Shown piece by piece: positions 46,498 through 56,122 of a DNA stretch of 64,000 nucleotides. The DNA lies in sequence record NC_031245.1, one strand, 5' to 3'. The number at the start of each line of letters is the position of its first letter. Within the stretch, counting starts at the first letter, position 1. The notes beneath the pieces are model-generated. The model saw only the letters and a program-made list of their open reading frames with translations, searched no databases and was not told where the DNA came from. A program made the translations under genes and the position numbers.

Positions 46498-47787
46498 ATG
46501 CTTCATGAACCTCTAGCTAATCGTATCAGACCTACGACTATTGAAGAAGTTATAGGTCAATCGCACCTATTAGGTGAGGACAAACCTCTATACAAAATGA
46601 TCAAGAACAACCAACTATCTTCATTAATACTCCATGGACCTCCAGGAATCGGTAAAACTACTATCGCTAGTGCTATTGCTGGTAGTTGTGGACTTCCGTT
46701 CGAACAACTGAATGCTGTAAGTGCTGGTAAGAAAGATTTGGAGAAAGTAACCAAGGAGTACAAGGAAGAAGATACTTCGGTAGTACTTTATGTGGATGAA
46801 ATCCATAGGTTCACTAAGAACCAAGTTGAATACCTTTTACCGTACGTAGAATCGGGTAAGATTATTCTTGTAGGTTCAACGACTGAATCAGTTTACCACG
46901 CACTTCCTAGTGCAATCTTAAGTCGATGTACGGTATTTGAACTCAAGCCATTAACTTCAGAAGAAATAGTCTTAGGACTTAGTCGAGCTCTGCAGGATAA
47001 AGATGGTTTAGTTGAATATATGATAACTTGGGATGATAGTTTACTAGAACGTATTGCACAACTATCAGGTGGAGATATGAGATCCGCTTTAAATATACTA
47101 GAAGTCCTAGTTGTAACAAATGCGGATACAGAAACTAAGCAGACTGTTAACCTAACACTAGAAATGGTGGATTCAGTTAGCGGTACCAAGAATCTAGGTT
47201 ATAACGGCAAGGATACATTATACGATTTAATGTCAGCATTTCAGAAATCCATTCGAGGTTCCGATGTTAATGCAGCATTATACTACCTAGCATTACTTAT
47301 CGAGAGCGGAGACTTACCTAGTATTTGTAGAAGACTTCTAGTTATAGCGGACGAGGACATAGGTCTAGCTCGACCTGAAGTAGCTACACATGTACTAACA
47401 GCAGTTCAGATAACTGAAAGGATAGGACTACCTGAAGCTAGAATTACTTTATCTAAAGCTGTTATTGAACTATGTCTATCTCCTAAATCAAATACTGCCT
47501 ACCAAGCTATCGATAATGCATTAGCGGATATTAGGAATGGACAAGCTTATTCGCCACCTGACCACTTGAAAGATGCACATTATAAAAGTGCAGCTGATCG
47601 AGGTCACGGAGTAGGGTACTTGTACCCTCACAACTACGAACTACAGGATTATGGCGGATGGTGTAACCAGCAATACCTTCCAGATAAATTAAGAGGTCGA
47701 TTATACTACAGACCCAAGAATAATGGCTATGAAAGAGGTATTTCATCGATATATTGGGGACTGGAACAGTTAAAGTCCAATCAATAA
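46498..47787 (+). CDS. rarA: replication-associated recombination protein A (RarA/MgsA)
   Basis: PLANRIRP, GQSHLLG, GPPGIGKTT, VDEIHRF, GSTTE, SAFQKSIRGSDVNAALYYL, PPDHLKDAHY, YLYPH. Confidence 0.96.
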   Translation: MLHEPLANRIRPTTIEEVIGQSHLLGEDKPLYKMIKNNQLSSLILHGPPGIGKTTIASAIAGSCGLPFEQLNAVSAGKKDLEKVTKEYKEEDTSVVLYVDEIHRFTKNQVEYLLPYVESGKIILVGSTTESVYHALPSAILSRCTVFELKPLTSEEIVLGLSRALQDKDGLVEYMITWDDSLLERIAQLSGGDMRSALNILEVLVVTNADTETKQTVNLTLEMVDSVSGTKNLGYNGKDTLYDLMSAFQKSIRGSDVNAALYYLALLIESGDLPSICRRLLVIADEDIGLARPEVATHVLTAVQITERIGLPEARITLSKAVIELCLSPKSNTAYQAIDNALADIRNGQAYSPPDHLKDAHYKSAADRGHGVGYLYPHNYELQDYGGWCNQQYLPDKLRGRLYYRPKNNGYERGISSIYWGLEQLKSNQ

Positions 47788-47816
47788 ACTGATATAAGCC
47801 TTTGTAAACGTTTATA
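47788..47816 (+). promoter_or_regulatory. phage-specific bipartite promoter motif
   Basis: ACTGATAT-N10-AAACGTTTATA. Confidence 0.7.
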
Positions 47817-47845
47817 CTGTTGAATTCGTAAGGAGAGTGAACATC

Positions 47846-48280
47846 ATGAATAAAAGACCACCTTTTAGTAAAGTATTTATGGATGAAGCGGAGCTATGGT
47901 CAAGTCGTTCGACTTGTACAAGATTATCGGTAGGTGCAGTTATAGTTAGGGACAACCGTACCGTAGCTCAAGGGTACAACGGTAGCATAGCAGGTCATCC
48001 ACATTGCAACGAAGTTGGTGACTTAATGTATGAGAACGGTTGTAAGCGTACGATTCATGCTGAAATGAACGCATTAATGATGTGTGCTAAATATGGAATC
48101 CCAACTGCAGGAACTGTATTATATGTAACACATTATCCTTGTCCAGATTGTATGAAACATATAAATCAAGCAGGTATCAAAGAAGTAGTTTTTAAACATG
48201 ATTATAAGCATCGTTATGAGAATAACTTCCATGAAGGGATTAAATTAACTAAATACACGGAGGAAATTGAGAATGCATAA
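47846..48280 (+). CDS. dCMP deaminase (ComEB-like)
   Basis: RSTCTRLSVGAVIV, GYNG, HAEMNAL, PCPDC. Confidence 0.92.
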   Translation: MNKRPPFSKVFMDEAELWSSRSTCTRLSVGAVIVRDNRTVAQGYNGSIAGHPHCNEVGDLMYENGCKRTIHAEMNALMMCAKYGIPTAGTVLYVTHYPCPDCMKHINQAGIKEVVFKHDYKHRYENNFHEGIKLTKYTEEIENA

Positions 48281-48812
48281 AAATTCGATTAGCTGTTGCA
48301 ACTCTGACTGTCGTAAAGAAATAGCAGTCGGAGATACGTATCTCGGTACGAATTATGGAGACGTATGTAGCTTTGAATGCTATTTATCTATTGCTAAATG
48401 GGTTGTAGGAGATTTCAATGACTGGGAAGTTCACGAAGCTCCACCTGAACCTAAGATAATCCTAATTCCGTTATATTATGTAATGGAGGAGGGATTTAAG
48501 GAGTCAGCTCTTCGAGTAGCTAGACAACATTATCCTGAGATTGAACAAGGAGGTCTTGAATGGGTATGGACAGAAATTGAGACTGAGAATCTGTACGCTA
48601 GGTGGATTCTTACTCCTAATTGGGATCACTTAGACCCTAAATCTGTACTTAAAATGTTGTTAGAGAAGCCTAAGAGTGAATTAATAATGAAGGGACAACC
48701 TATAACTCTTCTGAATGGAGCTAATTTCGTTACCTACGACCATACGGAGTACCGTGACAGTAATTATATCGCTAGCGTAGTACTTACTATTGTTAGGGAT
48801 GAGAAATTATGA
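48273..48812 (+). CDS. hypothetical protein
   Basis: ORF track; N-terminal Cys cluster. Confidence 0.75.
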   Translation: MHKNSISCCNSDCRKEIAVGDTYLGTNYGDVCSFECYLSIAKWVVGDFNDWEVHEAPPEPKIILIPLYYVMEEGFKESALRVARQHYPEIEQGGLEWVWTEIETENLYARWILTPNWDHLDPKSVLKMLLEKPKSELIMKGQPITLLNGANFVTYDHTEYRDSNYIASVVLTIVRDEKL

Positions 48813-49090
48813 GTAAATCAAATATGAAAATAGGAGTCATCGGCACTAGTGGCAATATTGAATTGCTACCTATGCCTGAAAATACTGAATGTTCCTTCAG
48901 AACTTATCATGATAAATTGCATAAGAATAATGATAAGTGCCCATTCTGTGAAGGAAGTATTGAATTCAAGACTGCCTATACTTTAGAAGAAGTTGCTAGG
49001 GAGGTATCTAAATTGAAAACAAGGGAACCTATAGTAATCGATAGTATAGATGCCCTTAGTTATAGTGCACGAGTAAAATTTAATAAATAA
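48809..49090 (+). CDS. hypothetical protein
   Basis: ORF track. Confidence 0.7.
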   Translation: MSKSNMKIGVIGTSGNIELLPMPENTECSFRTYHDKLHKNNDKCPFCEGSIEFKTAYTLEEVAREVSKLKTREPIVIDSIDALSYSARVKFNK

Positions 49091-49093
49091 TCG

Positions 49094-49122
49094 ACTTGAT
49101 TCACGTTCTCCAGACGTTTATA
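49094..49122 (+). promoter_or_regulatory. phage-specific bipartite promoter motif
   Basis: ACTTGATT-N10-AGACGTTTATA-CCTG-TGAAG. Confidence 0.8.
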
Positions 49123-49173
49123 CCTGTGAAGTAAGTGCGACATGGTTCGCTGATAAAACTGGAGGTAATATTT

Positions 49174-49632
49174 ATGAAAATTCGTGAACATTTAATTCAA
49201 ACTATCCGTACAGGACTTAGAAATAGCCGATCCCCATTCTTGGTAGCTAGAAATGTAGCTATTGAAGCTCCTAATGGGGAGTTGGTTGTAATTAAATACA
49301 GAAACAGTCTGGATATTCCTACCGATAAAGGAACCTACGTGGAGCTAGTTCTCCATAAAGATAGCTTTTATGCGTACAACGAATATCGAGGAGTTAATTT
49401 GTTAATAAAACCTGAGCATCTTACTAGTGAGGCATTTAAAGCTTACCAACTTCTCGAAGAGTACGACAAAGAGCCTACTTGTAGTGAATGCGGTAAAACT
49501 CCTAATGAGTTAACTGAATACATAAATGCTGAAGGGTTGGCTCCTACAGATTATATGAAGTCGACTGAAAGATCATATGATGAAAATGAACCTAACAAGT
49601 TCACATGCACTAAATGCTATTTCGGAGAGTGA
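49174..49632 (+). CDS. hypothetical protein with C-terminal CxxC..CxxC
   Basis: ATG 49174 after GGAGG. Confidence 0.8.
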   Translation: MKIREHLIQTIRTGLRNSRSPFLVARNVAIEAPNGELVVIKYRNSLDIPTDKGTYVELVLHKDSFYAYNEYRGVNLLIKPEHLTSEAFKAYQLLEEYDKEPTCSECGKTPNELTEYINAEGLAPTDYMKSTERSYDENEPNKFTCTKCYFGE

Positions 49633-49638
49633 TCGAAA

Positions 49639-50121
49639 TTGAATAAAGCTAGTTTTAAACACAACGGCACTGCTGAGCATCGTGGTGAATTCGTTAGTAA
49701 TTATAAAGCAGGGGACTCTGTGACTATTCTAGAGTTCCTAGGAAATAATCGATGCCGAATAGTTGTGAATGAAGGTGAAACTAAGGGATTTGTCATGAAT
49801 GTTAGTCGTGACGAGCTAGACATACCTACATCAACTATTTCCAGTGTTAAGATAAATTTTGTAACTAATAAAGAAAGACAGGATAGGAATATCCCTCTAT
49901 CCCATTTAGTCGAGGATATAGCTAGGGATGCCTATGGAATCAACATAAATCTACCTATTACTTCAGGAATATCTGAGAGAGTTCTGTATCTTTATGATTT
50001 AGCTAAATCCTCAGGTGAATCCAAAGTATTAGACTTAGATGGTCAATTTATTTGGATAATAACTCCTAATGGGAAAATAATTAAAGCTTTTAAACACATA
50101 GAATATATCATCAACGAATAG
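49639..50121 (+). CDS. hypothetical protein
   Basis: ORF track. Confidence 0.75.
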   Translation: MNKASFKHNGTAEHRGEFVSNYKAGDSVTILEFLGNNRCRIVVNEGETKGFVMNVSRDELDIPTSTISSVKINFVTNKERQDRNIPLSHLVEDIARDAYGININLPITSGISERVLYLYDLAKSSGESKVLDLDGQFIWIITPNGKIIKAFKHIEYIINE

Positions 50122-50133
50122 AGGGGTACTTCA

Positions 50134-50568
50134 ATGAATAATGTAGTGGAGTTCGAAGCTATCAAGAAAAGTAAGGAGAAACAAGATCAGGAGTCATTAG
50201 AATTTTATCGTAGTCAGGTTCTTGATCAATTCTTGAGTGCAATAGGTAAAAGTCAAGAGGAAATAATGACTAAAGAAGAGGTACAGCTCACGATAAAGCA
50301 ATTCATGAGCGAATCCACAGAATTAGTATTCGCAAATGCCTCTGAAGCTATTGCATTTGGAGCAGCAATTCTTGATTTACCTGAATTTGACCGAGTATCA
50401 CACTTTCAGGTCAATTCTAACATATCTAGAAAGTCCGTATTCTATAGTCTAACTCCAGTGTACAAATCGCTAACTAGTTACAAGTTTGCTAGTGATGAAT
50501 TGTTGCAAGGAGTCAGTCTTATGAACATAATGGGCATAAAAAGTTTAGAGGAGGACTCTGATGAATGA
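50134..50568 (+). CDS. hypothetical protein
   Basis: ORF track. Confidence 0.8.
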   Translation: MNNVVEFEAIKKSKEKQDQESLEFYRSQVLDQFLSAIGKSQEEIMTKEEVQLTIKQFMSESTELVFANASEAIAFGAAILDLPEFDRVSHFQVNSNISRKSVFYSLTPVYKSLTSYKFASDELLQGVSLMNIMGIKSLEEDSDE

Positions 50569-51155
50569 TTTAGATGTTCAAGAAGAATTATACATAATAA
50601 AAGATAGTAAAAGTGATAATTATTTCGTGAATCCGTCTTATCAAAGCTGGGACTTTACTAAATTTCAGTATAAAGCTAGATTCGATGGTAGAGACCTTAA
50701 ATCGAGCTATAGGCTCTACTTACTGGGATTATACTGACATACCTCCTGACCCTATAGTCGTACCTCTGGAATTAGAAATTACCAAGGAGATAATAGTTAG
50801 AAGCGATTGGGTAATGAATATCGAGAATAATTATGTTTTTCAAGCAGGACTTGTAACTAATGCTGCTGTATATGATGGAGATATCATGTACTCCATTAAC
50901 AATTGTAGGCTAGCCACTAATGAAGAAATAGAGCAAGCTATGATGGAGGATATAAAGAAGAATACTAAGTTTAGGATATCTAAAGCTGTCCAGTTGTCCC
51001 TTACTAACGATAAATCCAAGGTAAAGGACAAAGATAATCCTAAAGTTCTCACAGTTCTCACGAATGGAAACTATAGTATCGATACTCTGCTCGAAGTTCT
51101 GGATAAAACTGACCTAGAACTCGTAGTAATCCCTAAAGAAGCTACTTCCAAGTGA
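50561..51155 (+). pseudogene. probably frameshifted gene (ORFs 50561..50737 and 50685..51155)
   Basis: first ORF has GAGGAGG RBS; second, in the +1 frame, has no RBS and overlaps it. Confidence 0.45.
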
Positions 51156-51170
51156 AGTAGCTCTTTTTAT
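51140..51170 (+). terminator. intrinsic terminator
   Basis: AGCTACTTC-CAAGT-GAAGTAGCT-CTTTTT. Confidence 0.75.
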
Positions 51171-51182
51171 GGCTAAAATTAA

Positions 51183-51211
51183 GCTTGTAAGGAGTTCGTG
51201 GGACGTTTATA
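51183..51211 (+). promoter_or_regulatory. phage-specific bipartite promoter motif
   Basis: GCTTGTAA-N10-GGACGTTTATA. Confidence 0.7.
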
Positions 51212-51231
51212 GTCGTGGAGGAGGGTTTTGT

Positions 51232-51513
51232 ATGAGTTTTTGGTCAAGATTATTTAAATCTTCAGAGAATAATACAGAATTGACGATAGGTCAACAGTTA
51301 AGAGAGGTATTAATTCGTGAACCTGATTGTGATCACGATTATAAATATGTAAGCTACGGTAATGCAGTTCCAACTAGACTTCTACGTTGTTCTAAGTGCA
51401 AATATGAAGTGAGGAACGAGTCTGCAATAAATGAATTCTTAGCTAATTGTGATCACGAGTGGGTAACTAAAGGAGTCATCAAAACTTGTCAGAAATGTGA
51501 CTATACAACATAG
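51232..51513 (+). CDS. hypothetical protein with two CxH..CxxC repeats
   Basis: CDHDY..RCSKC and CDHEW..TCQKC. Confidence 0.75.
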   Translation: MSFWSRLFKSSENNTELTIGQQLREVLIREPDCDHDYKYVSYGNAVPTRLLRCSKCKYEVRNESAINEFLANCDHEWVTKGVIKTCQKCDYTT

Positions 51514-51603
51514 GACCATGAAGCTAGAGCTAGACGTAATGCTGAAATGTTAGATGCAATCTCCAGTAGGTATAACTCCTCTGTAAAGGTAAAGGAGACT
51601 GAA

Positions 51604-51780
51604 ATGAGTAGGGAGGACTATCTAATTATGCGTAAAAGAGAGGTACTTCGATTGCTAGAAAGAGACTGTGTGAGTCCTACAAGTCGTCAAGTAATTGAGG
51701 ATTATATAAATAAATTACATAACCGTATCAATGAATTAGAATCCAAAAAGAATGGGAGCAATGAAAATGCCAGTTTGTAA
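51604..51780 (+). CDS. hypothetical protein
   Basis: ATG 51604 after AAGGAG (track start 51547). Confidence 0.6.
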   Translation: MSREDYLIMRKREVLRLLERDCVSPTSRQVIEDYINKLHNRINELESKKNGSNENASL

Positions 51781-52069
51781 TGGAGAGTTATGCTCAAGTC
51801 CAGCTGACAGTTACGTAGGTATGTTTTTAGAAGGTGAGGAGTGTCCTGCATGCAAAGTTGAACGTGAAAGGATGGAAGCTGATCCTGATTATCGTCCAGC
51901 AAGTCAGAGAGCTCAGGATTACGACTATGTCTACACAAATTGGTACTGCAAGAGTTGTGAGAGAAGTAACGAGACTCCAGTTCCATTCAGTGTCTACTAC
52001 AGACGTATGCCTTACGACCAAATGATGATGTTGAAACAGTGGCTAGATGAAGGGAGAACTCCTCAATGA
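51761..52069 (+). CDS. hypothetical Cys-rich protein
   Basis: ORF track; CPAC, CKSC. Confidence 0.7.
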   Translation: MKMPVCNGELCSSPADSYVGMFLEGEECPACKVERERMEADPDYRPASQRAQDYDYVYTNWYCKSCERSNETPVPFSVYYRRMPYDQMMMLKQWLDEGRTPQ

Positions 52070-52329
52070 CTAAAGAAGTTATAGAAGTAAAAGCAATGGT
52101 AACGATCAATCCAGATTCTCAAACCTATTACCTTAGAATAGCTGACGAGAAAGGTAGGATAACTAAGAATTCTACAAGACTCCAAGCTAACCAGTTTCTA
52201 CAGGCATTAAATAATGCAATCGATGAATTGAGTCAAGGCGATGAATACTACCCTAGTGCTGACCTAAATGCTGGAGATGTATTTACTCTCAGACTAGAGA
52301 TAGAAAGGAAGGATAAGAATGAGAAATAG
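52066..52329 (+). CDS. hypothetical protein
   Basis: ORF track. Confidence 0.75.
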   Translation: MTKEVIEVKAMVTINPDSQTYYLRIADEKGRITKNSTRLQANQFLQALNNAIDELSQGDEYYPSADLNAGDVFTLRLEIERKDKNEK

Positions 52330-52522
52330 CGATGCGAAATATGCATTCCTTATGACAGTATTTACTGTAGCAAACATAGGTATCTCCTCATCCATTGCAG
52401 GAATGGTAGGTACATTCAACGAGAATGCTATAAAACTAACATTCTTAATATGTATGATAGTAGGATTAATTGCTATCTCAATATTCCACTGGACGTATGG
52501 AAGATACATGAAATTCAAATAG
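52319..52522 (+). CDS. small membrane protein
   Basis: two hydrophobic segments. Confidence 0.7.
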   Translation: MRNSDAKYAFLMTVFTVANIGISSSIAGMVGTFNENAIKLTFLICMIVGLIAISIFHWTYGRYMKFK

Positions 52523-52535
52523 GAGTGATTTATAA

Positions 52536-52742
52536 ATGTTATTCGGATTATTTGAATCTAAGTCAGAGAAGACTGCTCGGTTAGAGAAACATGACTTAGA
52601 ACAAGAATTACGTAGAAGAGAAGCTAAGAAGGATGGACTACCATTCTTCGGTTCAGTTTATGAAGATGATTATAGAACACCTGAGCAGAAAGAAGCTAGT
52701 CGATTATCAATCCGTGAACGTCTGGATGAACTATCTAAATAA
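52536..52742 (+). CDS. hypothetical protein
   Basis: ORF track. Confidence 0.75.
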   Translation: MLFGLFESKSEKTARLEKHDLEQELRRREAKKDGLPFFGSVYEDDYRTPEQKEASRLSIRERLDELSK

Positions 52743-52756
52743 ACTAACCAATCGAT

Positions 52757-52789
52757 GCTACCTACTGAAATATGTAGGTAGCTTATTTT
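52757..52789 (+). terminator. intrinsic terminator
   Basis: GCTACCTAC-N8-GTAGGTAGC-TTATTTT. Confidence 0.75.
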
Positions 52790-53361
52790 AATTTAATCCT
52801 CCCTCCCAACTCTAGAAATAATCCTACCTACTACGATAATAATCAATCAATGCCCACTCTCCCGTTTAGGAATAATCCCACTAACAATCCTAAGTAACCT
52901 AATCCTAATCCACCTAATGCTAATAACTATCCTAATAATGCCTATCTCCCTAATGCCTACTACACTTGTACACTTCAGATCAATCCTGAATAGAGTAAGG
53001 TCTACTACACTAATAATCCTAATAATAATGAGCTAGGAGCCTAATACTAGTCACCTAATCGCTAATATGATGAGATACTAGCGTGGTACTAGTAACCTAA
53101 TTGCTAGTATAATAACGTAGGAGCATAGTGGTAGTGACCTAATTGGGAGTAGAATTAGGGTAATAAGGGATAATTAACCAACTTTTAAAGCTATAACGGT
53201 GCTAATGAACGTGCTATAATCGCTGTAGATAGGTTGCCTAAGGCTTAGACTCCAGCTGGACTCGTGAGGTTCTTCCAATTCGAGGTAATAAGCTATGAAT
53301 TCGAGGATCATCACTGATTCTCACCGTTCATGCCCCATCCATCCTACATTTATCTAATCAC

Positions 53362-53604
53362 CCTTAGGGTGGTACGGCATAAACTACTCATAGCTTAGTC
53401 TACCTTAGGCTGATAGGACATAGACTACCTATCACTCGCATATGACCCATTCTCCGCTCCTAGTTACTTATATGCTTAGTTAGCCTTAGGCTGATAGGGC
53501 ATAAGCTAGGTATTAGGTTAATGGAGGCATTGCACTGAGTGATAGTCTAATTGCCCTTAGGGTGGTAGGGCATAGACTAGTCTATTCTTTAATTAGCCTT
53601 AGGG
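53362..53604 (+). repeat. four ~25-bp imperfect direct repeats plus a partial fifth
   Basis: CCTTAGG(G/C)TG(G/A)TA..CATA..CTA at 53362, 53403, 53484, 53555; CCTTAGGG at 53597. Confidence 0.9.
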
Positions 53605-53651
53605 AGTAACCACATACGTCGAGTACAACTATCCCATGGGAGGTAACATGC

Positions 53652-54074
53652 ATGATTACTTTAGATCAAATTAAGTTAGCAGCAGAAGAAGCATCTGTAG
53701 AAGGTATCACTGTAGCAGCTGAGTTCGTAGCTGACACTGCAGATACTTATGGACCACAACATAATGCACAATTCCGTATCTTCAAGAAAGGTGGATTCTC
53801 ACAAGGGATGACTACCTACGGAATGGGTGGATTTGACGGTATGAAAATCCATGACGCTATGGCACCATTCACTCGTGACGTACGTTATGACTTCACTCAA
53901 TTAGATCCACATATCCGATTCCGTATCGAGCAAGGTACTGTTGAGTTCGATCAGGAATTTGTGACTAAGATCCTTAAGGCTGTAGTACGTAGCTTAGGTG
54001 GAGTCTATCCTGAAGCACCACCAGTAACTCCTCCAAGTAATGGTGGCACTGATGGTGGAACTCAAACTCCGTAA
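53652..54074 (+). CDS. hypothetical protein (possible virion protein)
   Basis: GGGAGG RBS; Pro/Gly-rich tail; lies upstream of tail-like genes. Confidence 0.75.
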   Translation: MITLDQIKLAAEEASVEGITVAAEFVADTADTYGPQHNAQFRIFKKGGFSQGMTTYGMGGFDGMKIHDAMAPFTRDVRYDFTQLDPHIRFRIEQGTVEFDQEFVTKILKAVVRSLGGVYPEAPPVTPPSNGGTDGGTQTP

Positions 54075-54086
54075 TAGGTGACTTAA

Positions 54087-54662
54087 ATGAATATCCGCTA
54101 CTACCGTATGTCAAGCATTAGGGTAGTAGACACTAGGACCATAGCTGGTATAGTTGACTTAGGGTTTCATACAACTCTAAGCACTGTACTGACTATGGTC
54201 AATTCTAGTATACTAGCTACCTTGATGACGACTAACCCAGAAGAAGCTACTGTAGGAGTTATAGGTAATCAAGTAGTAAGTATCGAGGAGTTCGACAAGA
54301 ACGATGATCGACTATGGAGGTACCCTGTGATTGAGGTCACTAAAGTAGTTGACGGAGATACGTTGGATGCTAGTCTCGACATGGGATTCAGCCTAGTGTC
54401 TAAAGAACGATTCCGATTAAATTACATCGACACTTACGAACTACGTGACTCAGACCCTATCAAGAAGGAGCTAGCTTATTCAGCTAAACGGTTCATGGAA
54501 GAAATGATGTTATCTAGCATTAGTCCTGTAATCATTAGGTCTGTAAAGACTGAGAAGTACGGACGATGGCTAGGTGATATCTATCTTAGTGATGGCACCT
54601 ATGTGAATGAGCTACTTGTCGAGAAAGGATTCACTGAGTCCGATAATTTACCTAAGAAATAG
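54087..54662 (+). CDS. thermonuclease (SNase-like)
   Basis: VTKVVDGDTL, FRLNYIDTYE, EKYGRWLGDIY, NELLVEKG. Confidence 0.88.
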   Translation: MNIRYYRMSSIRVVDTRTIAGIVDLGFHTTLSTVLTMVNSSILATLMTTNPEEATVGVIGNQVVSIEEFDKNDDRLWRYPVIEVTKVVDGDTLDASLDMGFSLVSKERFRLNYIDTYELRDSDPIKKELAYSAKRFMEEMMLSSISPVIIRSVKTEKYGRWLGDIYLSDGTYVNELLVEKGFTESDNLPKK

Positions 54663-54676
54663 AATAATTAGGAGGA

Positions 54677-55039
54677 GTGCTCATGTTATCAGTAACACTC
54701 AGAAATGAGTTATTGGATCACGCTCTACAAGGATCAACACTGTACTTGGCATTACTAGTTGATGATGGAGCGGGAGGTAAAGTCGAGCTAGCTACTCCTA
54801 GCTATGCACGTCAAGAAATCACATTTGATGTAGCATCAAATGGTGAAGCTAAACTATCAGCTGATGTCTTATTCCCTCTAGCTACAGAGGACTGGGGTGC
54901 AATCAAATCATTCTATATATTTGATGTACCTACTGGTGGAGACTTCAAAATAGCTGGAGACTTTAGTACTGCTAAAGCTGTAGGTGTAGATGACCAGTTC
55001 AAAGTAGGAGCAGGTAAGCTCGCAATTAAATTACTTTAA
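54677..55039 (+). CDS. phage tail-fibre/minor-tail-like protein
   Basis: LYLAL..ELATPSYARQEITF..FPLATEDWGAI..IFDVPTGG pattern common in tail modules. Confidence 0.65.
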   Translation: MLMLSVTLRNELLDHALQGSTLYLALLVDDGAGGKVELATPSYARQEITFDVASNGEAKLSADVLFPLATEDWGAIKSFYIFDVPTGGDFKIAGDFSTAKAVGVDDQFKVGAGKLAIKLL

Positions 55040-55044
55040 CTCAT

Positions 55045-55077
55045 TAGGGTAGGGACTTATAATCCCTACCCTATTTT
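55045..55077 (+). terminator. intrinsic terminator
   Basis: TAGGGTAGGGA-N7-TCCCTACCCTA-TTTT. Confidence 0.8.
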
Positions 55078-55097
55078 AATTAGGTAGGTGATTAGTA

Positions 55098-56120
55098 TTG
55101 ATAGTTGAAGTAGAAGCAACATTAGAGTCAGGTAGTGAATCCCCCGCTCAAGGTAGTGTATTACTCAACTCAGGTGGTACGATGACAGCTATTTCATTTG
55201 GTAACTCACCAAGTGTACTAGTAAGGAATGGGGATGGAATAGCTGAATCAGGCAGTCAATTAACTAGTGAATCGACTAGTGTAGTTAGGCAGTCAAGTGG
55301 ACTAGTCGAATCCGACAGTGAATCTACTAGTGAAAGTATTGGACTAGTCAAATATGGTAGCGGAGAAGTCGAATCAACTAGTGAATCAACTAGTCAATCA
55401 GCTATCTTATTAGGCTCACGTGCAGAGGCTATTGAATTGACTAGTGTAGTCGAAGCTACTGGTAACGTCGACTCGATGAAGGATAACGTAGTCCTAGTTA
55501 ATAGCTTAGTCGAAGCGTCGGGAATGATTCTCTATTCAGGTGAATCTACTAGTAAATCGACTAGTAAAGTAGGTGTGAGCGGAGGCATTATTATAATGGA
55601 GGAATCCGATATAGAGTCCCGCTCCACTACTGAATCAGCTAGTGCAGTATTAGCTACTGGGGAGTCGACTACTGAATTAGCTATTACGATTGAAGCTGAA
55701 GGTGAACTAGTAGCTGATGTATTACCAGTAGTCTATCTTAAGGGTAAGTTAGATATGAGAACTGACGACCTAATGCTCACTAATCAAAATATGGAAGTAT
55801 TCTCAGGAGACAGTCGACGTGTAGTAGTTACAGTCGAGGATGAACTAGGTAAACCTGCCCATCTCGAGTATGCTACTATAGAGTGGACAATTCGTAGAGC
55901 AGGACGTACTGAGTTTATGCATGCAGTCGATGAATTACTCTATAAATCATCAAGGAGCGGGAGCATTAAGATAGGTACTGAGAGCTATAATCAATTCGAG
56001 TTCAATATCAATTCACGTGAAACTGAATCCCTTACTGGTCAATACTTCCATCGTGCAATACTAACCGACCCTAAGGGTAATCGATCAACTTTATTCTCAG
56101 GTATTCTACAATTCATGTAA
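55098..56120 (+). CDS. Ser/Glu-rich repeat virion protein with C-terminal BppU-like/Ig-like domain
   Basis: repeated ES(T/D/G)SESTS; C-terminal GDSRRVVVTVED..IEWTI..YFHRAILTDPKG. Confidence 0.6.
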   Translation: MIVEVEATLESGSESPAQGSVLLNSGGTMTAISFGNSPSVLVRNGDGIAESGSQLTSESTSVVRQSSGLVESDSESTSESIGLVKYGSGEVESTSESTSQSAILLGSRAEAIELTSVVEATGNVDSMKDNVVLVNSLVEASGMILYSGESTSKSTSKVGVSGGIIIMEESDIESRSTTESASAVLATGESTTELAITIEAEGELVADVLPVVYLKGKLDMRTDDLMLTNQNMEVFSGDSRRVVVTVEDELGKPAHLEYATIEWTIRRAGRTEFMHAVDELLYKSSRSGSIKIGTESYNQFEFNINSRETESLTGQYFHRAILTDPKGNRSTLFSGILQFM

Positions 56121-56122
56121 TA

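Noticed and set aside
53362-53604. CRISPR array
   Set aside because: Repeats are degenerate, spacers are irregular (16-56 nt), and no cas genes are present.
52790-53604. Eukaryote-like TTAGGG telomere repeats
   Set aside because: TTAGGG/CCTAAT words are dispersed, not tandem; they are explained by the 25-bp repeat core and low complexity.
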